This document shows positions 32,440 through 46,680 of a stretch of 64,000 nucleotides of DNA, in pieces. The translations under genes and the position numbers were made by a program. The stretch is taken from contig JBNJNM010000008.1 in assembly GCA_052426225.1 (NCBI GenBank), positions 1,798,001 to 1,862,000 of the forward strand, in the 5' to 3' direction. The notes under the pieces are model-generated. The model searched no databases, was not told the DNA's origin, and saw nothing but the letters and a program-made list of their open reading frames with translations. Numbering within the stretch: position 1 is the first letter of the stretch; each line of letters begins with the position of its first letter. Source of the DNA: Zancudomyces culisetae HAW-14-8 (taxonomy: Eukaryota; Fungi; Kickxellomycota).

Positions 32440-35400
32440 TTGAAACTCACTGTACATTGAAAGCGGTGATGGAAAAAGTAAGTCAATAATCGACCACATC
32501 CTAGTTTGTAATTATAGTTTACAATTCTATCGCAACTTCAAGATTGAGGTAGGGCCATTATCGGACTACCGATAAATTGAAGTTTGTTACAGGAAGATCC
32601 AATAAGTTTAGATTCTTCTAAAAAGAACCACGACAATTGGAAACTTAATTCAAGTCACTTAAAAAATGATAAAGCCTATGAATCTATCAAAGGTATTTTG
32701 GACAGTTTTATTCCTACTATATGTTAAGACTTGAATATTTTAAGATTAAATTATTTATTACTATTAATTATTTAGAAAAATATGGTATTCAATAGTGAAT
32801 AAGATATTTTTCTCTGAAGTTCTCTTTCGATGGATTTCGAAAGGGTTTTTATACTTTTACTCCAGAGATTTTTCCATATAAAATTTTCTTAAGTAAAGTT
32901 GCTATCAAACTATAAATTTGACTATTAAACTTATGAGTAACTGATGTGATTAACTACCGTGAGTTTAGTGTGTCAATGATTGCGTCATTCATGTTATTCT
33001 GACGATTCTTTGAATTATTAGTTTCGGAATTCTTTCTAGGTTTTTTATTTCCTAAAATGGTCTGTGAATATTATTATAACATATTTCATCGCGAAATTCA
33101 TTTTTTACTTGACTTGGTTAGATTAATTTAATAATTTGTACTTAGTTACATTTAATTAAATTGTACTTAGTTACATTTAATTAATTTGTACTTAGTTACA
33201 TTATAGTAATTTGTATATGGTTACAATTTCATTTTGTAACCTACTTGATTTGGTCATGGAGAATTATAATAAACATGAATTTATTTAATTTATTTTAAAA
33301 CAATTCCTAACACTATAGATTATTTACTTGAATGGTCTAAAGCGAAATCAATGATTAAAGACTATTTTATTGATATTGGTAAAAAAGTGTATAAAAACAA
33401 AGCAAATTTGCTCAAGTCCAAAATTAATTGTGTAAAGAGTAACGATTTTAATAACGCTTATAAAATCCGGACACTGGAATATGAGCTAAAAAAAGAATTA
33501 GAAAATAAGTGTCGAGGTATGTCTATTAGAAGTAGAGCCAATTACTTTGAAAAGGGTGAGCAAAGCAACAAATACTTTTTCAATTTGTTAAAGTCTAGTG
33601 AAAAGAGAAAAAGAATTGAAGAAATATTAATTGAAGATAACTCTACTTCTAATAATCATAATGAAATTTCTAGTCATATTTATAAATTTTATAGTAAACT
33701 ATTTAATAAAGGAACAACAGTGGTGGGTTGTCAAGATAATTACTAAATAACATAACAAATAGGCTAACTGATCTGGAGGCAGAAGTGCTAGATAGCTCAA
33801 TAACTATCGAGGAAATTCAAAAGACAATCCAAAAATGTCCCAGGAATAAAGCACCTGGACCTGATGGATTGACCTTTGAATTTTACAAGCACTTTGAAAA
33901 AGAGACTACAATAATTCTTCATGAATTACTCAACTCTCCCCTCCAGGATTATAATGAGCAAATTGAAGTTTCAATAATCTCTTTGATTCCCAAAACCGGC
34001 GATCTGAGGCAGATTAAGAACTATCGTCCAATTAATTTATCTAATTGCGACGAGAAAATCTTAACTAGAATTCTAGCCTCTAGGTTGCAGAATATAATAG
34101 GTAAGTTAATTAACCAGTCTCAAACTGGGTTTATCAAAGGTCGTAGCATCTTTGATAATATCCATATGACTAATAACCTTTTGGGTTTTGGTCAACTGGA
34201 CCCAGACAAATATAATGGGCACTTGATTCTTCTGGATCAAGAAAAAGCCTATGATAGAGTAGACTGGGATTATATCATGAAGTGCTTGAATGCTTTTGGC
34301 CTTGGCCCCAAGTTTATTCAATATCTTAAATCAATTTACACTGGTGCTACGACTAGAGTAAATGTCGACTCCGTATTTACGGATGAAATTCAAATCAACA
34401 ATGGTCTTAGACAGGGTGATCCACTATCACCCCTGTTGTATAACCTAGTAATTGAGCCTTTATTACTAGGTTTGAAAAAAGACCTAACAGGTATTCAACT
34501 ATCTGGAGCTAACTTTAATACAATAGCGTATGCCGATGACATTGCGATTGGTATTAAAGATAGTGATGACATTAACATAGTAATGAAATGGCTTGATATT
34601 CACTGCAAAGATCTAATGCTGTCGTGAATATCGAAAAATCAATTGCTATAAAGGTAGGGAATCCTCAAGAGATTTCCACTAAGTTTCCATTAGTCGCCGA
34701 TAATGAAAACTTTAAATACTTGGGAAATGGTTTAATAACAAAGGTGTTAACACCAAATATATTCAAGAACTCTTACTAGCTAAAATGGAAAATAAAATTA
34801 AATCCATGAGACTTAGATATCTCTCACTGCGAGGAAGAGTATTGCTGACAAATGTATTTTTATACTCAAAAATATTTTTTGCAGCACATATTGTCCCTTT
34901 CGACAAAATCTTCTTGTCAAAGGTGAAGAAACTTACCTCAAAGTTTATCTGAGCGAATAAAAAGGCCAAGATTAAACTTACCACCCTTGAACTACCAAAA
35001 AAAACTTGGTGGTCTAGGAATAATTGATGTTAAAACTCAAGTAGATTTAATATATGGAAAAGGGATAGCATCAACTATAAGCGGTAATCCCAATAGCGAC
35101 TGGATTTCATTATCTAGAAGCTACTGGAACCACCAATTTAAAAATATTACAACAAATTATGGTCCACTTTTAGCTACTGAACTGATGGAACTCCATAATA
35201 GCATTAAAAATAAAAGAGATATTCACCCTTCAGTAAAAAAGTTTATTGAAGTATGGAATATTCTATTTAATGTGGATGATAGGAACATTAACACAGTACC
35301 TCTTAGTGAAATTATTAATTGGAGTATATTCTTTATTCAACCATTGATTATTGGAAAAGAATTAACTATCAAAGAAATAAGAGACCTAAAAAAGAAAGGA

Positions 35401-36551
35401 TATAATACTGTGTATGACTTTTTAATGTCATTATCACAAGTAAGCTACGAGGCAAATACAACTGATGAACCAGTATACACTAGTACCGCCTTTGGAAAAG
35501 AGACTCAATTCAGCATTAGTTTATACTGTCTTGAAAAAAAATTCCAACAGTTACCTCAGCCGAACCCGAATTACTTTCTGCCTGAATCGCTAATAAATCT
35601 TGGCAATGGAATCTCAGAAGAGTATGCAATGAACAGAGAATTAAAAAGTTTTATTTATTTTAATTATAACAACACTAGGAAATTCCCCCCAAACTATTAC
35701 AAACTAGATATAGTATCAGCGAACAGTAAAATTTATAGTTGGAATAGTATTAATAGGTTAAAGGTTGAAGAAAAAATTAAATCTCACCTTTATTTAATCT
35801 TACATGGGGCAATCGTAACCGGGAAAACAGTATCGAGTTGAACTGGATCGATAGAAAATTCGTTTTGTAAAATCTGTAAAAAAAACGAAACCGAAACTAT
35901 CAAACACGCCTACTTTGACTGTAGTAGAATCAGGTGTTTTTGGAATAATGTTTTTTCCTTTTAATTTCCAATTTTTAAAAAAAACATTCATTGGACAATC
36001 ACACCTTGAAAAAAATTAGGAAAATTGAAAAAATCGACTTCAATAGGGAAGAAATTATGTCTGGATGCAACAAAATTAGGCACCATATTAAAGACATGTA
36101 AATTATTCTAGCATCAGCCATCTGGAATATTTTCAGAGCAAGAACTGAGGCTGCACTATCAGAAAAAAACTACAACGCATTTCAACTATTCTTGAGATGG
36201 AAAGAATACATGCGGATGTACTACAAAGTATACAACAAAAACAATGATGAGGAGAAAAACCTGTTTGAATTTGAACCTGATTGACCAAAAAAAATGTCAC
36301 TCCAACATTTTATAAATCTCCTAACTATCTTCAATTTTCACAACAGTTTTCCAATAACAACCTCCCCAAATACAAAAGTTAATAACCACAAATTCAATAA
36401 GCGGATTCTCTATCTACCCAGAATAACTCGACTATTTCCAGGATACATTCCCTATGATCAGATTTTTCATTTAGTTACACTTACTTAACTAGTATTTCTT
36501 TCAATTTGATTTATTTTGTTCTTGATGCTAATAAACTCTATCTAAAAAAAA
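32440..36551 (+). mobile_element. 5'-truncated, decayed L1/Tx1-like LINE (ORF2: end of APE, RT, zinc knuckle)
   Basis: SIIDHILV, WKLNSS, KAPGPDGL, YRPINL, LDQEKAYDRVDW, GLRQGDPLSPLL, YADD, LSLRGRV, GGLG; several stops and frameshifts; AATAAA at 36530 and A8 at 36544-36551. Confidence 0.93.
32722..33312. mobile_element. Solo LTR of a third family (591 bp) inserted in the LINE
   Basis: TGTTA..TAACA termini; TSD CTATA (32717-32721, 33313-33317); removing it rejoins DSFIPTI-DYLLEWSKAK; internal ~25-bp tandem repeat at 33135-33226. Confidence 0.85.
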
Positions 36552-36620
36552 GTAAAAAAATATTCTTAATCGTATATATCTTTTTTTTCTCTTTCTTTTC
36601 TGGTGATGATGGTTTTACAT

Positions 36621-38902
36621 GTGTAACACGATCAAAAATACAAAGTAAGAAATGGTATGATCTTAATCAGTATTGATCTGTTAGATTATTTAAGATTGAA
36701 ATACCGTGGTGGTTTGATAAAACTCTCATAAGCCGGATTAATTTTCATCTATCAAAAAACAACCCCATTTTCTCGAAAACATTTGCTAAACCCAACACTC
36801 ATCGTGGATTATCTTGTAAGCACTTTATAAACATTTCAGTTTAGTTTAGTTTGGCTTGACTCGACTTTGTTTTATCTTTTTATTGTTCTCACACACTGTC
36901 TTTTTTTTCATAGTGTTTTGTTCCCATCTATAACGGTAGATATAACAATCTATTTGATGCTCAAGACAAATGGTATTCTTTTGTACATTTTTGAAGTGAA
37001 CTTTGTCTGATATTTTTATTTGGATGTGTAGTACACAGATGCCAAGTACTCCCCGTCCCTCCCCCCAACAAAATTTTGATGCTGTCCACACTAGCTGGCA
37101 AAAAAAATTTTTTTTTTCTAGATTCAACCAAGAAAATTGAATATTTTGCCAAGAGATTCAAGGAATATTCGAACGAAAATCCACTGATGCCAACAATTCA
37201 AATTCAAGCGTGGCACTACAATATAAAAACCAAGTAAAAAAAAAGTAAGGCCTTCTAAAGCGCATTTACACAGCTTTTTCTAGAATGTTTTTTTCCTGTG
37301 ACTTTTTGTCGGATTTGTACAAATATATAAGACCCCAGAAACTCCCAATTTGTTTCTCTATTCAAAGTGGTTGGAGTATATTCAAAACGAAAAATATATT
37401 AAAGCTAAAAAAGCAAAAAAACAGAATGACCGAAAAAAATCCTTCAGAACCAAAAAAAGACTTTTTGGGAAATATCGGCAGTGGTATTATGAGAGCTATT
37501 GAACACGGCACTAGTACCAGAAACTATAGAATTAAAAACAAAAGTGCAGACAGTTTGGAGAAAAAATTCACACAGATGCATATAGAAAAACAAACCATGA
37601 AGGCCATAGAGGCCAGAAAACTCGGCTATCCTGCTACAATAACATGTGAGCTTAATGGTTGTATGTGGTGTACTACACATCTTCCCGATCTGATTAGTGG
37701 CAAATCTTCACAGAACTAGCTCTTCGAGTAAGGAGGAAGAGGGGTACACCCACGGTTTTTATCAAAAGGGTAACTCAATAGCAGAGTGGGATGTACGTGT
37801 AAAGCTTTAGCATTTGGCAGACCCAGAGGATGTTGTTAAAAACTAAGGATTCGTGATGTATTTATAGTTCGCGGTTGCTCTTTTTTGTTCAATATGAATT
37901 CTATTAGTTTTCATTTGCGGGTAGCTTATTTAGCGTGTATTCTATTAGTAATAAACATTTTTTTTGTAATTAGTTCTTTGTCCCCCCTTGCCTCCTTGTG
38001 ATATTTAAGTATTTATAACAAACATGTGGAAGCTTTCAACAGTTAGCAAAAAAAAACCTTCTAACATACATTGAATAGGAAGAATGAATGAAAAAAAGTG
38101 ACCAAAGTATCCAATTTTCATATGCGTTTCTAAATATTTTGTTTTGGATTGATTGGTAAATATTTTGGTTAGGGCTAACGCAGTGATCATCAAGCTCAAG
38201 TTTGAAACTCTTTTTTGGGTTTTTTCATTTTGCATGGTTTCAGGAGGGTAATGGCGTTTATCTGTTTGTTATCTTTTGAGTTCAAATTGTTGATATACTG
38301 CTTAGCCGTCTTTGGTGAACTCGAACGTAGACATTCTGTGTGTTAAATAAACTGACTCTCTTTCTTGTAGAAATAACCTATACGTTACCTAAAATGTCAG
38401 AGCTGGACCAGCAGTATATACAGGAAGTTCAAGAGATATTCCATATCAAAGGTAATAGCTTCTACCAATCGAAAAAGTGATAGAATAGGATAAGAAAGAA
38501 GAGGAGAGAGGGGGGCCCGCTTGTTATTTTCATTAAAAATATATTGCATATAACATATAAACAATAAACTTATCTTTATACTGCATTTGCGTAGATATCG
38601 GGAATTGCAAATTTCATTCCGAAAATGACTGGAATACTGGGTTTTATAATATGTATGGTACGTGCGCGTATTTATCCATCTCATGTCACATATTTTTTTA
38701 TAGTAGTAAAGTGAAACGCAAGTATTTACTTGCTCATGAAAGCAGTGCACTCTTACTTGAACCCTTTATACAAGCGATTTTAACATATGAAAAAATGAAA
38801 TTTCACATATGATAGGTGGGCAACTGATAGCTCAAAGCCTAGCAGCCGCCGCGTTAACAGTTAAACCCGACTTTATTCTTCATGTACGTCATTTTTATCC
38901 TC
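36621..38902 (+). repeat. Segmental duplication, copy B
   Basis: Direct repeat of 17158-19432. Confidence 0.97.
37426..37719 (+). CDS. Small basic 97-aa hypothetical protein with CxxxxCxxC (variant B)
   Basis: Colinear with 17962-18249; 54 of 97 aligned residues identical by hand count. Confidence 0.75.
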   Translation: MTEKNPSEPKKDFLGNIGSGIMRAIEHGTSTRNYRIKNKSADSLEKKFTQMHIEKQTMKAIEARKLGYPATITCELNGCMWCTTHLPDLISGKSSQN

Positions 38903-40248
38903 ATATATGTATATATACTACTTTCAATGAAAATAGCACTTTTCGTATATACTTGGCCATTTATCAAAGAAAGGAGATAAATAGTATAACAAGTTTCTTG
39001 AAAAAAAAAAATAGTCGATGCATTCGCAGTTTCTAAAGGCTGGAGAAAACGAGGTTCCTCTTTGTTATGAGGTCGACTGTATTAAAGACGGTAAGATTTG
39101 TCATGTTCTTGTAAAGTATTACCCACCTATATACATCGGTTTCAAGTCTTGGGGCTGCGCGAGCCGCTATATTTACTCTATACTGAGCGATCTATAATAA
39201 CAAGATATCGGTATGTTTTTATATCCACAGGGAGAGGATTTAGCTCAAGATATGTTAAAGCGATACAGAATAGTGATACAATTTTCACCTTGTCGTGTAG
39301 TTTTGTAAAGTCGAGCAACAACAGCGCAGGATTTTTCCATCAGGTAAAAAATAAATAAATCAATTTGTTAAACGAGTATGATACAGTTTTAACCTACACA
39401 TTTTGCTCAAGAAAAAAAGAATGCAAAAAACCATCAGATGCATTGTTAAGTCTGTTTGTGGATAAATAAATGAATAGGTAAAAATGCCAGAAGTCTACCC
39501 ACCCGATGACCCAATAAACACATTCACCCCAAACAACCAACCCCCGAGAAATATGAACATCGGTGTGTTGCCTGTTGATGGAGAAGGCATGATGATGGGG
39601 GATGTATTCACAACTTTGCACTTGGCAGTGCCCAAAGACGAAAAGTTGCGGAAAGAAATTGAACAACTTGGAATAAACAGAAACGTGAAAAAAAACCAAG
39701 AGTTGAACAAGCTTACTAAGAAGGACATCATGCGACCATATAATCTAAGATGGTGCAAGATTTCCAAGGATTTGAAATCATCATATCCAATGTGTCGCCT
39801 GATAATGTTGGCTTTTATGTCTGATCTTCGATTTCTGGCTATAAATGCACAACCGCACTATCTGGGGTATAATTACGGAAAGACTGACCATGTGATGATG
39901 ACTAGTTTGGACCACACCATGTACTTCTACACCTCAGATTTTGAAATAGAAGACTCCTGGCTTCTTTACGAAACCGAGAGTCTTCGATATGCTAACGGAC
40001 GTGGAGTAACACATGGCAGGTTTTTCGATACAAAGGGTAAAATGATTGCTTCAACATTACAAGAGGCTCTGGTCATACTTTTGTATACTCCGAAAAGTGG
40101 TACAAACGGTAGCCAGGTCCCCGACAAGGAAACTCTTGCATCCACAACACTGACTTTTTCCAAGCCACCACCAATGTTGTATGTTGAAAAAAGTGGTGTT
40201 GAACGTGCTTCTTCTAGCGCAGTTTCGTTGGTCTCTACCAAGCTCTAG
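38394..40248 (+). CDS. Acyl-CoA thioesterase II (TesB/ACOT8-like), 6 exons
   Basis: MYG/GQLIAQSL, SMHSQFLKAG, DG/RGFSSRYVKAIQ, FMSD, SLDH, GRG, QEAL; first four intron positions match the paralogue at 5920. Confidence 0.9.
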
Positions 40249-40470
40249 ACAATGAACATTAACATTTACTTGCACACATTCTCGTTTATTTGTATGGGAT
40301 TTTCTTTTTTTTTTTTCAGCTTGAATTTATTTGTTTAGTTTTCAGATGTTGAATATAATTCACATTAATTTAAATTCAAACATTATTAATGTTACAACTG
40401 GTTTAAAGTTTTGCCTTGAAAATACTGAAGCAAAAATAATAACAATATTCAAGTGTTTGTAGTAATAGAA

Positions 40471-41134
40471 ATGAAAATGAAAAAAGCCGGGTTGGTAAAC
40501 ACTGCATGTGTCATTGTATTAGTACTTTTACACGCATTCCTAGTAAGTATCTATTCTTTTTTTTTTAACTATACTAATTTGGAGGCTAAATGATAAAATA
40601 ACAATCGGAATAATAATCTTAGGTAAATGGTAGAGAAATCATTTCGTATTGTAAATGCACGTGCGACAAAAACTCCACAATTCTAGAACTGACACCATTT
40701 GCGCTGTCTCACTTGCCGAATGCAAGGGTGCCCATCGATGTAGGCAGTTTGGTGAAATCCAATGTGTGTCTGAATTGTACTCGAACACTGTGCGACATTG
40801 CAGAACCAGATTTATGCCACGGTGCAGCGGTTGGTGACAAAGTCATTCCATTATGTTTTCGTAAGTTGTGTGTGTATATTTTATATTTTATAATTGGGAG
40901 GGGAGGGGAGGAAGTAAAAGTGAGTACATATAACGCATCCATAAGAAAAAAAACCCTGGCCATTTCTGATTGTTTTTGAAATAAATGAATACATATATAG
41001 AGCGAGATTCGGTTCAAGATAAGGCGGTGGTAGTGAGTTATTTGTTGCTGGTCATAGGGTTACTAGTATATGCATTGTTTCGGGACCAAATCGATGCAGT
41101 TATTTGGGTAGGTATTGGTGGCATTGTGGCCTAA
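40471..41134 (+). CDS. Small Cys-rich single-pass membrane protein of unknown function, 3 or more exons
   Basis: Signal-like MKMKKAGLVNTACVIVLVLLHAFL/VNGREIISYCKCTCDKNSTIL..CLNCTRTLC..LC..CF/QRDSVQDKAVVVSYLLLVIGLL; phase-compatible GT-AG introns; 3' end uncertain. Confidence 0.72.
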
Positions 41135-41395
41135 AATTTCATAATAAGAGAGTGTTGTTTATGCCTAACTTTGGTTTTTTTATTATTATACGTCTAAACG
41201 ACTTAATATACAAAGCGATTTAATTGTTAAATCTAAATTGACTTGATGAGAACTCGATAATAATTAAATAGAAAATTAAAAACACACGACAGTACCAACA
41301 ACTTTCGTTTTAAATGGGAATCGACATGAATTGTACAGATAAAAATCAAAAGTAAAAACGGGAAAAAAAATGGAGGGAAGGAATAAAGAGGGAGT

Positions 41396-42031
41396 TTAGG
41401 GCCTGGTATTAAACAGGAATTTAAATTTTACAAGAGCCACTACGTTGTATTCAACCGAGGTGTATTTTGAGGAGGCGGGATCTTCAAGATGACTATTTTC
41501 ATGGTCATCAATGTTATCATCGGTGGGGTGGGAGGGAAAAGATGAAATATTAGATATAGAGTGTGGAGTGGCAGGGGTCTTTGTTAGAATGGCTAGAGCT
41601 TTATCGAGTTTGACTAGTTTTCCTTTTAGTTTGTGATTACCAATTAATAAAAAAGCCTCATTATTTGAGGTACCATCGGTCTATAAATGATGTGAGTTTA
41701 TATTTATACATAATAGAATCAAGAATGGTTAAAATAAAGAAAGAGAAACAAGGGGAGAGCGTTATGGTTGGAGAGGGATGGGGGGGGGGATGAGTAAGTG
41801 AGTGAGACTAACCTTGAAGTTTTGGCTATCGAATTCAAACATACCGATATTATTGGATCCAGCCAGGGACACCAAATTCTGGGATTTTATAGAGCCCTGG
41901 GTCTCTAATATACAATATTGAGTCGAGATATTGGTAAGTTTGTTATTATCGGTTGGAACGATACTTGTTGTGCGGGTGTTTGGATTTGATAATATGTTGT
42001 CGCCAACACAACGTATAGTGATTTCTACCAT
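41396..42031 (-). CDS. CTF8: Chromosome transmission fidelity protein 8, 2 exons
   Basis: ILETQGSI..IGMFEF/..LLIGNHKLKGKLVKLDKALAIL..YNVVALVKFKFLFNTRP*. Confidence 0.82.
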
Positions 42032-42379
42032 TTTCTTTTTTTCTTTCAAAGTACAAGTAATTCAAGAATCGAGTTTATTGTTGTTGTTGTTGTTATTGTT
42101 GTTTCTAAGTGGAGAATTATAAATTGATTTGAAAATATTTCTTATTTTGTTATACGTTTTCTATGATATTTAAATAGTAATTAGTTGATGAAAAATATGT
42201 GTGTAAATCATATATTATAAATATATTACTTTTTCGGTGTTAATGTAAACAAATATAGACGAATCAACCTGATCAAACAAAAATTAACGAATAGCTTTAT
42301 GAATGCAAAAAGCATAAAGAAAAAGTCAAAAAAAAAAAGAAAAGAAAAAGATGGTCATAAAACAAACATTAGAAAGGGT

Positions 42380-45300
42380 TTAAAGTAAATTCAATGCATC
42401 ATTGATAGAACTATACAAACTAGTTATAGACTTTCTAGTACTAGAAGAAACAATGCCACCACATACCGACTTGTTCTTAATACTAGCACCAACGCCATTG
42501 GTGACAACATTTCTGTTATCAACATTGGTTTTGGAGTGAAGCTTGTTGCGTTGAAGCACCAGGGATTCAATATGTGCAGTAAGAGCAGTATGGTTTGAGT
42601 TATACCAATGCAAATACTGTGATATACACCATTTGGTATGCTCACAAGTCGAATAAAGCAGCAAATCCATAGTGGGTTTCGCCACATAGTTGTAGCGCTT
42701 TAGTACATGAAGATTTAATGTTTCCAGAATGTTCAAGTATACCAGATGATAAAACTCATACACAAATGTAGGTGATACATAAACTTCGTTGCAAGATCGC
42801 TGGTCTTTACCAAATATATCCCCATGCAGAAAAGTACCCGAGTCGAATGAAACAAGCCCCTGAATAGACTGCAAGTCAACATCAACATTCAGAGCCAAGC
42901 TCAGGGCCGAGGAGTACTGAGCTAATAGGCGGCGAACAAACGCAGTAGATTGGAATGCTGAACCGGATTTGCATGCTGGATAGCTTGTAGATAGTTCAGG
43001 AGCAGAGACGTCGACCAGTGAGCATATTTGAGAAATAATATGGTTAATGAAACCAACAATGAGGGCGAGAACACCACTAGAGAGGGGAATGTGTGAAATA
43101 TTGATTGAGGAGGAGAAAAGAGGTACAAACAAATGGTCGTAAAGATCATAGGCTTGCCTGAAAAAGAATTGGTTTGGCAACAAATACGTATCAGAACCCA
43201 ACATTTTTTGTGACAAACCGGCAACTAGCCACATAAAAGGATTGGTCAGGTCATCAACAACAGAATGCTCCGAAATATCCAAACCAAACAACTTGACACG
43301 TCTATTTTGTTCAGCCTGCACTTCGTCACGTGAAAAAAGCAAGCGGACACTCGATTCCACCGCATCAGCAACCACCAGCGACTGCTCGGTACAGTCAGAT
43401 AGAGCCAGCAAAGCAACCATTGGCTGGTTGGGCTGTTGAGCAAGTTCGAGTAGAAGGTGGCACAGCTGATCCACAACATGGGGAGGGTGAGAAGCAGCAG
43501 CGGCTTGTCCATTAGCTTTTGTATCTTTTGAGGTCAGGCCTGGATCCACAAGTAATATATAGGCATCAGCGCTTTCAATTGTTTTACTGCGAAAGAAGCG
43601 CAATTGGATGTTGGATTGGTTGCTGGTAATGTATTCAGGACTAACACTTGGGTCCTCGGCGGATATTTTGTCGTCAATATGCCACCATACCCAGCGCTCA
43701 AACAGCTGTGTCTTGTGCCCAACCGTGACTAACTGTATGTTTGCTCTTATTTGCCCATAAAACCCTGGATTTCCACTCCACCCAAGAGTCTGAGAAACCG
43801 TTTTTCCCAGCCCAGCCGAATCCCACAAATCATGTGATATCTTCAGTCGCTTATTACTTTTGCCCCTTGATTGGCGCAACGCCTTTTCTATATGCCTGTA
43901 TGAACGGGGTGTCACAAGTTTGATCGTCTGGTCTCCGTATATCACAGAGTTTATATATTCTTTCTGCTTTTTGGCTGCTTTGTATTGCTTTGCCATTTCT
44001 TTAAACTTGGCTAACCCCAACCGCCTCAACGATTGCTTTCTGAATTGCTGCTGTTTCGTATTACATAGTTCAGCAAACACGTTTGTGTATGTTTCTTGGT
44101 AAACTATCTCGCTTATCAGTTGCTCTACTATTGGCTGGACAAGTTCTGATGCCATCTTTTCTGCCTTTTGCCGTTTGCGATACTCTTTGAACACAACCTG
44201 GTCAACAAGCTCTCCAATAATATCTGTGTATAGAAACCGCGCCAACTCCATTGTTGTAATGCTTTCTCTGCGGTTGTATTCCCAGTTAACGCGCACTTCT
44301 CCTTGTATTTCAGACGGTTCTGGACTGATTTGTGGCTTTGCCACATTCCCAATTTGCACACTTGGTTGAGCTGTTGCTTCAAATTTTTGAGGTGCTCCAA
44401 ACTTAAACCCACCAAAGTCATCCCTGGCTGTTGAACTGGTTTGTTGATTCTCCATACCTGTGAGTTTGCCTATATTCTCATTGATCTTTTGGCTCAGACC
44501 AATCGGGTTCACTGACTCTATACTCTTTTGTACTTTTGCATTCGCTTCTATTGTACTTTTTAATGGTGCCTTTCCAAACTGAAATCCTGAAAGTTGGGGC
44601 TGTTTTGTCAAATCCTTGGTCATGGAATTTTCAGGTTGAAGCTGCATTTGTAGTTTAGTTTCAAGTTTAGGTTGAGTAGGTTGTGTAGGTTGTGTCTGAA
44701 TAGGTTTAAATTGAAACTGTGGTTGTGGTTGTGGCTGTGGTCGTGGTTGTGGCTGTGCTTGAGTTTGGAATTGAGATTCAGTTTGTTTTTTAAATCCAAC
44801 TGTTTGGGTAGCGAATTGTGACTGGTTGCAAAAGTTTTGCTGTCGATATCCACTCATTCCCATACCAACACCGACGCCAACACCCACTCCCGCTCCTACT
44901 CCTTGCACCACAATATGCTCATTCGTCATTCCCAGTCGCTTATTCTCAATTATTCGATAGTGTTTCTTCCTCTTTGGCTTTATAGCTGGCTCCTCCATCA
45001 CATACATCCTCTCTTGACCCTTTTCTCCAAACCCAATCCCTCCTTGCTCGTCTGCTCTCAAATTATACCTCCTACAAAACGCTATGCAATCCGCCGCGTT
45101 ATTAAACCCAAACATCTTTACCGCTTTTTCCACCGGGTATTCTTTGCCCCCCTGATACAGAATCGCTTTGTTCATAGTCCGCAATCCTGCTCTCTGAACA
45201 TCCACAAAATGATATTCTGCAACACATGCCAACAGAAATGGTGTCCTTTCACTCTCAATCTCCTTGAAAAATCTGCTAAACCGATTTTGCGCTCCAAACA

Positions 45301-46680
45301 AGTTCGGTGCTTCCGTTCTTCCTCTTGTAGAATTGCTCGTTTGCGCATATCGTACCAGCTTCAACGTTTGCTGTATTATTTCGCTCCAGAATATCTCTTC
45401 TGGCAGTTTCTCTACCATTCTTCGCCCATCCATATCCTTCATATGCACCATCAAATAATACGCCCGTATTTCTGCTTCATTTTCGCTCGGGTTTACATCC
45501 CCCTTTATTCTGTTTTCATCGTAAAACTCTATCAGGCTCTGCAATGCTATTTTTCGTATCACAATGCCATACATTTCCACATTAATACTAATCTCATTGG
45601 TTTTGCTATACCTTTCCTTTTTCCACCACTGCACTTACTCTTCCGTAGCTGCTCCATTTCCTGTTGCTCTACAAAATTTTCATTTTCACTCAACATGTGC
45701 GTGGCTAAAATGTGATACCGCGCTATCTGCTCATATATTCTTATTGCTCTCCGATCCTTGAGATTTTGAACAGAATAATCCTGTCTTATACTCCTGGTCC
45801 TATCTCTAATAAACTGATGTGTGTCTTTCATTTCGTCATCATTTGCCAATATTTTTTCAAGCAGGTATTCCATCGTTCTCTATTCATATTTTACATCGCT
45901 TTGCATATAATATAACCGTTACACTTATTCTGTATTCTCATTTTTTTTTTACCTCTAGTGCCTCTGGTGTTCTAACATCTTCCGGTAATGGTTGCTCATT
46001 GCCTGCTGCTGACCTGTGAAATGTTTTTACTACCCTTTGTTTATCCGCTTTTCTCGTCCCAGGTATCTATTTTGATTTATTCCTCGTGACAATTCTTTTT
46101 CTCACCCCTCCATTATCTTCGCCTCTCCCATCTTTGAAAGCATCTCCCATACAACTTAACCTCAATATTAATTGTACTCACCATTTCCAATCGATCCAAC
46201 CCATTTTGGTACTCGCGCTCCTCAATTTCAAACTCTGGACATTTTTCTGTACATGTTCCAATTATTGCTCTTGCCTCTGCCAAAACCTTTTGACTTTCCG
46301 GATCATCTAGTATTCCCCTGGCTATATAATCTTTTCGTATATTTTCACGTAACGCCTTGAGCTAATTTTTTAAGTTGTGTTTTAGTTATTCTTTGACTTT
46401 TAGAATCTTTTTCCCAATCGGAATCACTCAAAATTCCTCCATCGAATATATTTCTATTACGCTCTTGGTTTTTTTAATATAAATCTAATCCAACCCACCT
46501 CCTCATCCCCCTTCTTGTGTTACATACCTCCAAGTACCGATTATCACCAGGCGCCGCGTTAAATCGGATTTCCCGATCCTCTTTGGTCACATTCATGTCG
46601 TGTTTTCTATTTCTTTGTCCGCCCTGTTTTCTTATTTCCTCAAATGTGCAACCCTTTGGGTATCTAGTTCCCACCTTCAA
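42380..46680 (-). CDS. SAC3: SAC3/GANP family mRNA-export factor, multi-exon; start not resolved
   Basis: IIGTCTEKCPEFEIEERE, VKTFHRSAAGNEQPLPEDVRTPEAL, FIRDRTRSIRQD, EQIARYHI, ENEAEIRAYYL. Confidence 0.9.

Noticed and set aside
33135-33226. Short direct repeats as a CRISPR-like array
   Set aside because: Head-to-tail ~25-bp tandem units without unique spacers, inside a solo LTR in a eukaryote
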